Source of the DNA: Mobula hypostoma
Lineage: Eukaryota
NCBI RefSeq assembly: GCF_963921235.1
Contig: NC_086108.1
Coordinates: 80,354,001-80,418,000, forward strand
Direction of reading: 5' to 3'
DNA length: 64,000 nt
Every line of letters starts with the position of its first letter. The stretch's first letter is position 1. The notes under the pieces are model-generated. The model was not told where the DNA came from. It did not search any database and saw nothing but the letters and a program-made list of their open reading frames with translations. Positions 1-13,738 of this stretch are shown here, piece by piece. The translations under genes were made by a program, and so were the position numbers.

Positions 1-2403
1 CTTCTTTGTACTCCCTCTATGGCAAAGATGTCTTTCCTCAGATTAGGGGACCAAAACTGCACACAATACTCCAGGTGTGGTCTCACCAAGGCCTTGTACA
101 ACTGCAGTAGTACCTCCCTGCTCCTGTACTTGAATCCTCTCGCTATAAATGCCAGCATACCGTTCGCCTTTTTCACCGCCTGCTGTACCTGCATGCCCAC
201 TTTCAATGACTGGTGTATAATGACACCCAGGTCTCGTTGCACCTCCCCTTTTCCTAATCGGCCACCATTCAGATAATAATCTGTTTTCCTATTTTTGCCA
301 CCAAAGTGGATAACTTCACATTTATCCACATTAAATTGCATCTGCCATGAGTTTGCCCACTCACCCAACCTATCCAAGTCACCCTGCATCCTCTTAGCAT
401 CCTCCTCACTGCTAACACTGCCACCCAGCTTCGTGTCATCCGCAAACTTGGAGATGCTGCATTTAATTCCCTCATCCAAGTCATTAATATATATTGTAAA
501 CAACTGGGGTCCCAGCACTGAGCCTTGCGGTACCCCACTAGTCACCGCCTGCCATTCTGAAAAGGTCCCGTTTATTCCCACTCTTTGCTTCCTGTCTGCT
601 AACCAATTCTCCACCCACACCAATACCTTACCCCCAATACCGTGTGCTTTAAGTTTGCACACTAATCTCCTGTGTGGGACCTTGTCAAAAGCCTTTTGAA
701 AATCCAAATATACCACATCCACTGGTTCTCCCCTATCCACTCTACTAGTTACATCCTCAAAAAATTCTATGAGATTCGTCAGACATGATTTTCCTTTCAC
801 AAATCCATGCTGACTTTGTCCGATGATTTCACCACTTTCCAAATGTGCTGTTATCACATCCTTGATAACTGACTCCAGCAGTTTCCCCACCACCGACGTT
901 AGGCTAACTGGCCTATAATTCCCCGGTTTCTCTCTCCCTCCTTTTTTAAAAAGTGGGGTTACATTAGCCACCCTCCAATCCTCAGGAACTAGTCCAGAAT
1001 CTAACGAGTTTTTGAAAAATTATCACTAATGCGTCCACTATTTCTTGGGCCACTTCCTTAAGCACTCTGGGATGCAGACCATCTGGCCCTGGGGATTTAT
1101 CTGCCTTCAATCCCTTCAATTTACCTAACACCACTTCCCTACTAACATGTATTTCGCTCAGTTCCTCCATCTCACTGGACCCTCTGTCCCTTACTATTTC
1201 TGGAAGATTATTTATGTCCTCCTTAGTGAAGACAGAACCAAAGTAATTATTCAATTGGTCTGCCATGTCCTTGCTCCCCATAATCAATTCACCTGTTTCT
1301 GTTTGCAGGGGACCTACATTTGTCTTTATCAGTCTTTTCCTTTTTACATATCTATAAAAGCTTTTACAGTCCGTTTTTATGTTCTCTGCCAGTTTTCTCT
1401 CATAATCTTTTTTCCCCTTCCTAATTAAGCCCTTTGTCCTCCTCTGCTGAACTCTGAATTTCTCCCAGTCCTCAGGTGAGCCACTTTCTCTGGCTAATTT
1501 GTATGCTACTTCTTTGGAATTGATACTATCCCTAATTTCTCTTGTCAGCCACGGGTGCACTACCTTCCTTGATTTATTCTTTTGCCAAACTGGGATGAAC
1601 AATTGTTGTAGTTCATCCATGCAACCTTTAAATGCCTGCCATTGCATATCCACCGTCAATCCTTGAAGTGTCATTTGCCAGTCTATCTTAGCTAATTCAC
1701 GTCTCATACCTTCAAAGTTACCCCTCTTTAAGTTCAGAACCTTTGTTTCTGAATTAACTACGTCACTCTCCATGTTAATGAAGAATTCCACCATATTATG
1801 GTCACTCTTACCCAAGGGGCCTCTCACGACAAGATCGCTAATTAACCCTTCCTCATTGCTCAAAACCCAGTCCAGAATAGCCTGCTCTCTAGTCGGTTCC
1901 TCGACATGTTGGTTCAAAAAACCATCCCGCATACATTCCAAGAAATCCTCTTCCTCAGCACCTTTACCAATTTGGTTCACCCAGTCTACATGTAGATTGA
2001 AGTCACCCATTATAACTGCTGTTCCTTTATTGCACACATTTCTAATTTCCTGTTTAATACCATCTCCGACCTCACTACTACTGTTAGGTGGCCTGTACAC
2101 AACTCCCACCAGCGTCTTCTGCCCCTTAGTGTTACGCAGCTCTACCCATATCGATTCCACATCTTCCCGGCTTATGTCCTTCCTTTCTATTGCGTTAATC
2201 TCTTTTTTAACCAGCAACGCCACCCCACCTCCCCTTCCTTCATGTCTATCCCTCCTGAATATTGAATATCCCTGAACGTTGAGCTCCCATCCCTGGTCAC
2301 CCTGGAGCCATGTCTCTGTGATCCCAACTATATCATAATCATTAATAACAATCTGCACTTTCAATTCATCCACCTTATTACGAATGCTCCTTGCATTGAC
2401 ACA
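1..2403 (-). mobile_element. Young CR1 LINE, copy A (ORF2 APE endonuclease + RT; runs off the window start; frameshifted)
   Basis: ORF 982..2373 has APE motifs (GITETW, VYRPP, GDFN, SDH). RT motifs (GVPQGSVLGP, FADD) follow in another frame. T-run at 1009-1013 has 5 T versus 4 T in the other two copies. Confidence 0.95.
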
Positions 2404-3879
2404 TAATGTGCAAAATAATACAAAAAATGAGTATTAATAAATAATACTGAGAAAATTAGTTATAGAGTCTTTGAAGATGAGTCCACAAGTTGTGAAATCA
2501 GTTCATTGTTGAGGTTCAAAAGCCTGATGGTTGAAGGTAATAACTGTCCTGAAGCTGATGATGTTGCATAGATTTTTAATATTCATTATTTAAACTCTGT
2601 TTAAGTAACACATTCATATAGATATTGCCACAAATTATTCTTTGTTTACTATCTGATATTGAAAATCAATTGCCTGTTGTCAATAACTAGAAAATAAACA
2701 TTGTATATAATTGTGAAAATGTGCAATAGCAGTGTTTTGGAGAACAATTAAACTAGCAATTTGTTATTTCACCTAAGAAGTAAATTACTATCAACACCAA
2801 AGTATTGTGACTTACAAAAGTCAGCATTCATTCATTCTATGTTTTCAAAAATAGTGAGCAGAAATAATAGATTTTTATAGCAATTAGCATTTGATAATCA
2901 ATAAACCATTATCAATAGCAACTTTTAAAGGTTAGTTGACAGGTACATTGATTGGAGAGATTTAGAAGCTTATAGATGAAACACTAGCAAGTGGGAATGG
3001 ATTGGATGGGGCATTTTGGTTGGCGTGGACCAATTGAGTTGAAGAGTCTGTTTCCATCTTGTATGATTCTAATATTGTTAACTCATTATTCAGGGCAATC
3101 CAATCACAAGCAGATAGATTTAAATAACCTTAAGTTACTTAACGAATGCTGGTTGGGACCAATTCCCTCCGAGGGGCCACTGATTCGTTCTGCTGCCTTT
3201 AATGAAATTCTGAGATTTATGGGTTGGACTGTAATTCATATTGGCCTCTTTCAGTTCTGCTTTTTATCTGCATTCTTGCCCATTCCTTTCTTGTTGCCGA
3301 TTAGTCGCTGAGGGTTTGGGTGATCTGTTAGTTTTTGAGCGCCAGAGGGGTCGGGGGTGTTTGGGATTTGCAAGTTTTTGTTTCATTTTCTTCTCATGTT
3401 GGGGGTGGTGTGGGACGGGATTGATGTCTTCCTTTCAAATGCATTTATGGTGTTTTGTATTTTATGGCTATCCAGAAAAGACAAATCTCAGAGTTAAATT
3501 TTGCATACATTCTTTGATAATAAAATGAATCTTTGAACCTTTGAAGTTCTATGTGAAACAATGAGTGTGACTAAGTGGCCACAGTTCTGCTAACTGAAAA
3601 TGGCTGCAGTGGTAAATTTTGAGATTACATCAACAATATAGTAATTATTAGAAGTGCAAGTCAATGCCAGGAATTGCCTTACAACCAGTATGGGGGTATA
3701 AAACTCCTTTACAGCAGAATGGAGATGCACGTTAATTTACCCTGATTTTAGTGCTTTGTTTTTGTATTGTAGATAATCCTCTTGCCAGTTCTGTAAAATA
3801 AAATTGTAATTTGACTTGCTTGGCAGAGAACACTATGAGTCAACATCATAAAGCCCTGAAAAGCAACCATTAACCATTC

Positions 3880-4030
3880 ACCATCCCCCTTCCTTTCCAG
3901 TCCTGATGAAGGGTCTCGGCCCAAATGTTGACTGTTTAATCTTTTCCATAGACACTGCTTGACCTGCTGAGTTCCTCCAGCATTTTGTGTGTTACTCTGG
4001 ATTTTCAGCATCTGCAGACTTTCTCATGTT
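3880..4030 (+). repeat. Penelope-type pseudo-LTR fragment with a degenerate minimal hammerhead ribozyme core
   Basis: CAGTC-CTGATGA-AGGGTCTCGGCCC-AAATGTT-GACTG, then the TTTCCATAGA...CTGCTGAGTTCCTCCAGCATTTTGTGTG module that recurs across the window. Confidence 0.7.
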
Positions 4031-6187
4031 TATCATTAATTGATATGGTAGGAACTGTTATTTCAATCTTCCTTCTTGATTTGTCTGTCAATGGAAGCTT
4101 CATACTAGGTCCATTAGCACCTGAAAGCAATGACTACCGTGTTCTATTTCATTCTCCCTCCCTTTCATTTCCTGAGACTTCTGTCCTCGGGATTTTTATT
4201 TCTATTAAAACAGGCAGAGATTAATTTTGGTTCTATTTCGTGAGGATGCTCAGAATCTGAAATGAAAACAGAAAATGTTTGAAATACTCATGAGAACAAC
4301 CTGTGACAATTTAAACTTTTCAGATCAATGAACTTCATAAAGCCAGAAAACTCAAGTTTCCTTCCACCCAGTTGCTGTTTTACCCATTTTTCTCTTCCTT
4401 TCCCTTCATTTGGTTTCCATTGCATTCTCATACTGAACATGGCAGTTTTCTACCTGTATGAAGTTTGTGCAGAAGACTATTTTTGCTATACAGAGATAGT
4501 ACTTTGAAGACAAGACCACTTTCCAAAGAACACGTTGTTTGTTTATTCAGTCTTGGGTAGGTGATGAAAAATCATCATAAGTTCCTAAATTTATTTCATG
4601 GGAACTATTGAAGCTACTGATGAAGAACCATCCTGGTGCTGTAAAGGGCAAGTTTTGAAATCTATTTGGTGTGGGATTCATGACTAGGTCAATAAGCATA
4701 ATGAAGAAATGTTATTGGCAGCAAAGTTCTATCAAAGGCTGAATTTGTACAGGGTGCATTTTGGGGAAAGGATACCGCAATCTGCAAATTAAAATTTAGA
4801 ATTGAGTTAAGGTCAGAAGACAAAGTTCTTCTTGCTACAAATCAGGCTTCATCTGCAATATGACTGTACTGAGAGTTCAAGGGATCAAAGTCAATGTCTT
4901 TCAAGCCCAATGGCACAGGAATGCCTCATTTGATGCACCATGGCTCCTTTGTCTCCTTTGCCTTTGCACACATTTCTCCCATCACAACATGTTTTTATTT
5001 CTGTTACAGACTTCTTCATCCAATGTGCTGTACATTTCTAATATACCTCCAGTCCTCATCTCATCGGTTTTAAAGCCCCCAAATCGGAAATAAAAGGTGT
5101 GTACACAGAAACATGCTTTGCCAAATATTTCCAAGAGAGAACTGAGACAGCAGCTGCAATAGCTGAGATTTTAACCAGATGGGACAATGCCAAATTTAAA
5201 TACTTAGTTGAATCATGGCTCCAATTCACCTTGTATTCCTTTGTCAGTTTTCCCACGTCATGGGAAACAGACAATACCTACATTAAATCAGAGTGAGTTT
5301 GAATGGAATTTGCAAGGACTTCAATAATCTGTTCTGTCTGTGAGTGATTTTCATGCATGCAAATGGAACTCCATAGTTGCACGGTGATCCCAAATGAAAA
5401 TACAAAAAAAAAATTAATCCCACCCCGCCCCCAAACATCCCACCCCTGCTCCCTTGGATTTAAAATTACCCCCACTGAGTTGCATTCCTCTTTAGGCTTT
5501 TTTTGCTTAGCTATGAAAATTAGTACCACAATCAGAATATTGCTTATTAAATGCTATAAAAATTTTAAACAGTACAGTCACGATGCAGGTCTTTGGTTGT
5601 CCTTATGATAATTTCCATTCCATTAAGATATTTGCAGAGCTTTCGGGAAAATATCAACTGTTGGCCATCTTTGCCAAATTTCTGGCACCAGTAAAGGAAA
5701 TTATAAGGTGTGAGAAGGAATATCCATTTCAAAATTAAATAAATTACAATAATATTGCTGCAGTGACTACAGTAAAATAATGGGCCACTTCCAAATTAAA
5801 ATCAAAATAGTGGTTAAAGAATGGAATAAAATATGAAGACAAATCCTCATGAGGATTTGTTTTACATAGTCAAAGCTCATTGTGCATTTCCTACCTTGGG
5901 ATTGCAATTACTTGGTAACTCTGAAGAAACCTTCTGTTGGTCAGTCGTTAGTAATGAAGTCATTTCAAGCAGAATCGTTTGTTTCTCCTTGGACTGTAAT
6001 TGTATGAGACTGAATAAAGTTTGACAGAGGAAATGTAAATGTCAATTATGAGAACCAACTACTTTTAACTGTAATGCTGGTCATTCTGAATTTCATCAAA
6101 TAGATTTCTAAGATCTTTATAGTTATTTCTGGTCTTGTTCCTAGCTTATTCCTCTTCCTCACCAAAAAAAAACAAATAATAACAGAA

Positions 6188-6550
6188 CAGATACCGGAAA
6201 TCTGCAACATATTAGCTCAATTTCCCTTTCCATAGATGCATCTTGTTCAGCTGAGTAGTTTCAGGTTTTATTTTTTCTCTATTATTATTCTATCTGAAGT
6301 TGGTCTTGTGTGTTTGGCAGGGTCTGGTTACAGAGCAGATTTTGAGATGCTGGCTTTGTTTCTTACCAGCATAATAAATATCTCAGCATCTCAAAATCTG
6401 CTCTGTAACCAGACCCTGTCAAACACACAAGACCGACCTCAGACAGAATAATAACAACAGAAAAAAATTAAAACTGAAACGACTCAACTGGTCAAAATGC
6501 ATCTATGGAAAGGGAAACTGGGCTGACATTTTGCAGATTTCCAGTATCTG
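6188..6550. repeat. Long inverted repeat (arms 6188-6352 and 6384-6550, 31-nt spacer)
   Basis: The arms match as reverse complements; the inner ~35 bp are perfect. Confidence 0.95.
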
Positions 6551-9189
6551 GAGCTTTTTTTTCCTTTTGCTTTTTGGTTGCTTTCTCGGTTAATCAGTCC
6601 AGTGGCTATGGCTTAACTGGATCCTGGGCTGTTGTTCATGGGAGGAAATGGGAATATTCAATGTCATCCAAATGAGACAAGAGTTATTCTTAGTAATGAA
6701 GTGAATACCAATACATTAACGAAGTTTGATGGAATGAAGGAGAAAATGCTGGAAATACTCAGCAAGTCAGGAATCCGCCCTGGGGAGAGAAACCATTCTT
6801 TCAGGTTGACAATGTTTAAGCTGACGAAAGAGAGATCGAGGTGCATCTTTGTGCCTCTGTCCATGGAGGGTGCCTGACCTGATGAGTCTTTGCGACATTT
6901 CTGTTTTATCTCAGATTTCCAACAGAAGGAGCTTTTTGAAAACACACCTAACTAATAGTTTTGATTGATAGTCGAATCCAAGACCAGATGGAAGAGATAT
7001 TTCTAAGGTCATGTTTGGAATGTAGGTGTTGATAGCTAGGTGAATGTGCACATTCCCAATTGCCCTTGGATGGTAGTGGTAAGCAGAGCTCTGGAACTGC
7101 TACGGTTCAAATGGATACAGATTCCAGTTCTATATTTTGATCCAATAATCATGGGGAAAATGTTATGCATTGGAAATAATCATTGTAACCAAAAAGTGAA
7201 CTACACATCCTCTGGTCCTGCATGTTGGCAATGTATAATCAAGACATTTAAAGCTACTGAACTCGGTGAACTGAAACAGGAGCCTATTCTGTTAAATTCC
7301 GGAAAAGTTACCAAGCTGCCAGGTGAATGTTCTCGTTCTCAATCCTATGATTCAAAAGCTGCCACCATATGCAAAAACATTCTGTAGCTAATCAGCAAAT
7401 TATTGGAGTAACTGGAGAATACTGTTTGTCATAATACAGACCTTGTCAATAGTTTGTGAATTCTTAACAACACCTTTATGTCTAATTCTTTATGTTCATC
7501 ATTCATTTTTTCCTTTCTTATCTCACAGTTTATTTTGATAGATAAGAAGTAGATTCTTCAGTATTATACTCCAACCAGTGGCTAGGTAATAGAGAGAAAA
7601 TATCCAAGCAATGACCATGTCTTCATAATGTATTTTGATTATGGGATACCTGATCTGGGCTTAAAGCAGAGACTACACTAATGTACTGTTATAGGATGGC
7701 TGGGCTTGGGGATGATGATTGATGGTGTATGGAGCAGCAGATAGACTACACAAGTCAATATACAGTATAGTAAAGGGGGGAAAAGAGAAGAGCATTGCGT
7801 TACCTTATTTCTGACTTAGTTACTTCATTTTTCAGTTCAGCATTTATACTCTAAGTTTTCAGATCTGAATGTCCCCGTTGAGTGCAAATTGAAAGGATAA
7901 CAAATTAAACATGAGTATAGGGGGAACTCTGAACAGTAAGAGGATACAGAAATAAACAGACTTCTTTAGGCCAGTGTACTAGATTTAGACATTTTCTAAA
8001 CAAATTCAGCTTTCTTCCGATTTGCATTTTGGCAGCTTTCAAAGTTTACATTGGAGCAGATGTGAAATTCATGTGAACAGCTTAATCATTGAAGATGTTT
8101 CTAAAACACACAGATCCTAAAAACAAACATGACAATCTTGTGATAGCAAATCTCACTTCATACCACCAGGACAATTATTCTTTTTAAAAGAGCAAGAAAC
8201 ACCAATGAAAATGAAGTTGAAGTCAACGATCAAATGGATTCAAATTGCCTTTCTAAGTTTCAAATGTGGCACATATACATTATTTGCATTTAGGGCTGTT
8301 AATTAAATGATTAGATTGTGGATGTAGCTGTACTATAATGATGCAACTATCATTGAACATTATTTACAATGAAGCCAAACATGTCATTTTCTGTTGTACA
8401 GTATATAAGCAAGCTCAAAGAAGAATTAATAAATAAACCATCTAATAATGTTTGCAGTACACTTCATAATGATCACAATATAATTGGCTTGTTTTGCGTC
8501 GGATTTAAACAAAGATGTCCTATTTAAACAATCTGCTTGAGTATTGCTCTCAGAAAATAGGAAATTCTGTTGATGCTTCCACACGGATCAGCTTATGAAG
8601 GGAGAGGGTATCTGAGGAATGCCTTGCAATAGAACTCAAATTGTATTCCTGACTGAAAACAACCACATCTGGGTCATTTAAAGGTAGGAGTGGATTCATC
8701 ACCCAATGATCTAGTCACAATTACTCTCCAGGAATTCCTACTGAATCTGCAGAAGGTTCAGCTCAGATAGTTCTGGCACAAACAGCCCAGTGATACTCAG
8801 AGCGATGTCAACCCTGCCTGTTTTACAGGATATGGGAGTCAAAATCTAAAATTAGGTCCACCAAGCGGTGGTATTCTTTAAACAACTTGCTGTTCAAAAA
8901 CTGTAAGTGATGCTCATCTCTCCTTCTTAATTGAAGTCTATTTAGCTTTTCTATCAGAATAATAAATATTATGGTAGAGGCAGCAGCCACTAAGCCCTTT
9001 AACGTTTTCAGGGAGCAATTGAGTTAGTCCCATGCGTTTTACCAATGTCCCAGCACTTAATTCTCCATAAATATCCATTTAGGTAGTACATTCTAAACCC
9101 TAACTGTGCAAAACATTTGAACGTGACTTCTCCCAGTGAGTGGGCATTCTGACTGCTCAGTACAGATTGTTGAGAGAAGACTGTTGGAA

Positions 9190-10785
9190 AGGATAGTGGT
9201 GGGGTGTGGAGGGGTGGGAAGATATGCTTGGCGGTGGGATCCCACTGGAGATGGCGGAAGTTACAGAGAATTATGCGGAGGCTAGTGGGGAGGTAGGTGA
9301 GAACAAGAGGAACCCTATCCTGGGTGGGGTGAGGGCAGACGTGTGCAAAATGCAAGCGGTGCGGGTGAGGGCAGCGTTGAGGTCCGCTGGATGCGGAGGC
9401 TAGCTGGAATCGCTCCCTATGCAGTTTCCTTGTCCACTTCTCTGTCCACGCTGATCTCCCTCCTGGTACTTATCCTTGCAAGCAGAACAAGTGCTACACC
9501 TGCCCCTACACCTTTTCCCTCACTACCATACAGGGCCCCAAACAGTCCTTCCAGGTGAGGTGACACTTTGCCTGTAAGTTTATTGTGGTCATCTTCTGTA
9601 TCCAGTGCCCCTGGTGTGGTCTCCTGTACATCGGTGAGACCCAACATAGATTGGGAGACTACTTCACTGAGCACCCACGCTCGGTTTACCAGAAAAGCAG
9701 GATCTCCCAGTGGCCACCCATTTCAATTCTACTTCCCATTCCCATTCCAACATGTCAGCCCATAGTCTCCTCTACTGCCAGGGTCAGGCCACACTCAGGA
9801 CGGAGGAACGATACCTTATTTTCCGAGCAACACACACAAAATGCCGGAGGAACTCAGCAGGCCATACAGCATCTATGGAAAAAAGTACAGTCAATCTTTC
9901 AGGCTGAAACCCTTTAGCAGGACTGGAGAAAAAAAAGACGAAGAGTAGGTTTAAAAGGTGGGGGAGGGGAGAGAGAAACGCAAGGTGAGAGGTGAAACTG
10001 GGAGGGGGAGGGATGAAGTTGACTGGTGAAAGAGATACAGGGCTGGAGAAGTGGGAGGAGCACCAGAGGGAGGCGATGAGCAGGAAAGGAGATAAGATGA
10101 GAGAGGGAAAAGGAGATGGGGAATGGTGAAGGGGATGGGGGTGTGGGGACCATTATCGGAAGTTCAAGAAATCGATGTTAATGCCACCAGACAGAATAAA
10201 GGTGTCGTTCCGCCAGCCTGAGTGTGGCCTCATCATGACAGTAGAGGAGGCTATGGATTGACATATCAGAATGAGAATGGGAAGTGGAATTATATTCCGC
10301 CTGGGTAGCCTCCAACCTGATGGCATGAACATCAATTTCTCGAACTTCCAGTAATTTCCCCCCCCTCACCGTTCCCCCATTCCTGTTTTCCTCGTTCACC
10401 TTATCTCCTTACCTGCCCATCACTTCTCTCTTTCTTCCCGTCCCTTCTCTTTCTTCTTGGTCTTCTACCCTCTCCTATCAGATTCCTCCCTTCTCCAGCC
10501 CTTTGCCTCTTTCACCTACCAACTTCCCAGCTCTTTACTTCACCCCTCCGCGCCCCCCCCACTTCCGGTTCACTTATCACCTACCACCTTGTGCTTTCTC
10601 CTTCCTTCCCCCACCCCACCTTCTTGCTCTGACCTCATCCATTATCTCCAGTCCTGATGAAGGGCCTCAGCCTGAACCATTGACTGTTAACTCTTTTCCA
10701 TAGGTGCTGCCTGGCCTGCTGAGTTCCTCCAGCATTTTGTGTGTTTTGCTTGGATTTCCAGTATCTGCAGTTTTTCTCGTGGTTG
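9190..10785. mobile_element. Rearranged Penelope-like element cluster (GIY-YIG endonuclease remnant plus inverted pLTR segments)
   Basis: ORF 9585.. reads VIFCIQCPWCGLLYIGETQHRLGDYFTEH (GIY-YIG-like). RVPLVLTY motif on the - strand at ~9300. pLTR/hammerhead modules at ~9830-9925 (-) and ~10650-10780 (+). Confidence 0.8.
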
Positions 10786-11332
10786 TGAGGATAGTGACCG
10801 ATATATCTTCCAAAAGAAAACTGATAAAATCATGTCATAGTCCCATCACAAATTATCACAAGAGATCTCAGTTATATGTAACATTACATGGTTACAAAGA
10901 TGTGCAGCTTTGTTAAACAGAGCTGGGCCTTTGATTTCACAGGATACAGATACGTTTTGTGGTCAGTTTAAGATACGTTCCAACTCCTTGTTCTGACATG
11001 AGAGCACTGCACTGAAATACTTCCCAGTCTTTCAAGTATAGCTCATGTGGAATTACTGAGCATGATCTGGCCACTGGAGTCCCTGAGTTCCAATGAGGAA
11101 GGTTTATTTAACATATAGTCAAGCTATAAAATGAGTTACTAAATCACACTGATTCAGCAGTGGAGTTTGTCAAATCAGCTGGCTTCATCTCTAGTTTTCT
11201 CTCTAGCTTTGTTGTACTAGTACATTTCTCCAGTGATGTATGAATACATGATGCTGAAAAGAACTGTCGACTGACAAAGAAGACTGTTGAAAACAGAAAG
11301 CTCATGAAAGAAGAGGGTTTTGAAAATTAACA

Positions 11333-11500
11333 TGGCACAGTGTCATAGCATTATTATAGCAGCAGTGACCGAGCTTCAATAACCTCCACTGTCTGCAAGT
11401 AGCTTGTATGTTCTGTCTGTAGCTCAGTGAGTTTCCTCCAGGTGCTCTGGCTTCCTCCCACAGTCCAAAGACAGGTTAGCCTGTTACTGTGCTGTATCGC
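11333..11500 (+). mobile_element. Degraded V-type SINE
   Basis: GTTTCCTCCAGGTGCTCTGGCTTCCTCCCACAGTCCAAAGAC, the V-domain core. Confidence 0.7.
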
Positions 11501-13394
11501 TACATCTGAACACTTGTATGTTAGACATATCTTCATATGAAGTTGGATATTTATATCAATATACTGTTAACATTTGGATCATTGACTGCTCACTGTCAAT
11601 GGCTGGTGAGTGAATATCTAACAAGCATGGATAAGGTACGTATATACAAGCTCTCTACTATCAAATATTAGGCAAATTTGGGTGCTTGTTATTAGTAATA
11701 TTTACTAAAACTTCCTAAAGAATAGAATATCACCTTCTTTTTCTGAAAAAAAAATCTGTTTTTAATTTCTTGCTTCTTGTCCTGCTCAAGTCCAAAGAGG
11801 GTCACACAACAAATGGGTTCCAGTTACCACTAACATGATACCAAAAAACTCCCTAATTCCGCATGTTGCACTTTTTCGTTGTGCAGTAATTGCTGATACG
11901 ACTTGATGGACAGGCAGAATCTGGACTATTATACAACAATGGCCTCAAGTATACAATGAGCAGTGTTGTGTGAAGCCATTGCTCAGCAAACAGGTAGCCA
12001 GATATGACTTTCAATCAAAATATACAATACTTCAGAGGGGTGTTAGATGGCATCTACTGTCAGTGAAACAAGCACACAATGAATGTTTAACATACAGAGT
12101 AGAAAGATAGGAGGGAAAAAATAAAGATAATATCCGCTGAAAATAACAAAGATAAAAAACTTGAAAGCAGAGATCCTGAAGGACAATGTTCCAAAAAAAA
12201 TTAAATCCCCCTGCATTTTCAAATGGTTTTGAATATGTTATATATACTGTATCATTGAGAATTTAAAAAGTGAAATATGGTTAATATTTTTGTGTTCTGG
12301 CATGATTAGAACAAGCTTGATTATAATTAACACGAATGATTTGAGAAGATATATAAATATTTCCTAAAGTTTTAAAATTGTCCTTAACTAAATATATTTA
12401 ATTGCTGGATTAAAACATACAAAATGCGGGAGGAACTCAGCAGGATTTGCTGAGCATTTTATTGCTGTGCATGTTGTCTCTTCCTCATTGCTCCCCTAAA
12501 TTTCAATGCTACTAATATTTTATGTTTTCTATCTAAAGTATTCTATTTGGGGCTATGCTCCATTTATTAAGGGAGGAGTTAATTAAATTAGAACACTAGT
12601 GTCTTAACACAAAACCTGCAGGGTGCATTTGGAATGTTTTTCAGTCCCCAAGGTCAATTTGCATTGAAGTAGAACAGTTTGAAAGGCACATTGGTACAAG
12701 TGAATTATGAGGCTGGATTGAAGCAAGCTAGTGTAGCCATACTATTCCCACTCACATGCCTTTCCTACCTTGTTCCAGGTTTGACAACAGCTGACAGCCT
12801 CTCAGGCTTCTTTTTAACATTAGACTTAAGCAAGTGTTTCTTCTATACCTGAAAAATAATCATACTAATGTTAACTAGCATCCATTGAGCATTTGGTTAA
12901 AATGCTCCAAGTATTAGCACACGCAGAACTGTGCAGAAGTCTCTGATGTGTGTGTGTGTATATATATTTAGCCCAATACTTTTGCCCAGTACTGTATTTG
13001 TCAACGTGGAACAAAGAGTGAGTTTGTAAATCCGGTGAGAGCAGAGGATGTTGGGAATGGTGATAGTGGAGAACCAAGGGAGGGATGTGGGACAAGATGC
13101 AGAGGAGAAGTGCCAGGGGCAGGGAATGGCATGGGTACAGACACACCCAGCCCTGAGACCCTTGATCCCAAACAACTGGTTTATTGGTCATTACAAAGTG
13201 TCTCTCTGGTGCTTCCTGCTCCCTCCCCTCTCCGTCCCCATTTCCCAACCATGATTCCCCTCTCCCTACCCCCTTCCCACTTTCAGTCCACAACAGAGAC
13301 CCATATCAGAATCAGGTTTATCATCACTCACTTACGCTATGAAATTTGATTTTTTTTTTGCAACAACAGTACAGTGTGATACATGAATTTTTTA

Positions 13395-13738
13395 CAGTAC
13401 TGTGCATAAGTCTTAGGCACCCCAGCTATATACATCTGCTTAAGATTTTTCCACAGTGTGGTGTGTGGCCAAGTGGTTAGGGTGTTGGGCTCATGATCTG
13501 AAGGTTGTGGGTTCGAGCCTTGGCCAGGGCACTTAACCACACACTGCTCCAGTCCACCCAGCTGAAAATGGGTACCAGCAAGTGATGGGAGTTAACCTCA
13601 CGATAGACTGGTGTCTTATCTGGAGCGGAGTACTCTCAGTGGCTTCATGCCACAGAAACTGGCATAAGCACTGGCCTGATGGGCCACAAAGGCTTGGGAC
13701 AGACTTTGACTTTTGAAGAAGATTTTTCCACAGTACTG
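13395..13738. mobile_element. Miniature palindromic Tc1/mariner-type MITE (about 65 bp once the inserted SINE is removed)
   Basis: TA-CAGTACTGTGCATAAGTCTTAGGCA ... TGCTTAAGATTTTTCCACAGTACTG-TA. A related degenerate copy lies at 12924-12994. Confidence 0.7.
13458..13718 (+). mobile_element. tRNA-derived SINE with a 16-bp TSD
   Basis: A box TGGCCAAGTGG, B box GGTTCGAGCC, (GACTTT)n tail. TSD AAGATTTTTCCACAGT at 13442-13457 and 13719-13734. Confidence 0.9.

Noticed and set aside
19..2275. Plus-strand ORFs (85-167 aa) that recur at 36-38 kb and 57-59 kb
   Set aside because: They are antisense frames of CR1 ORF2 and recur only because the element does.
13458..13530. tRNA gene candidates here and at ~40027-40100
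   Set aside because: A and B boxes are present, but they run into SINE bodies with tails and lack a proper acceptor stem.
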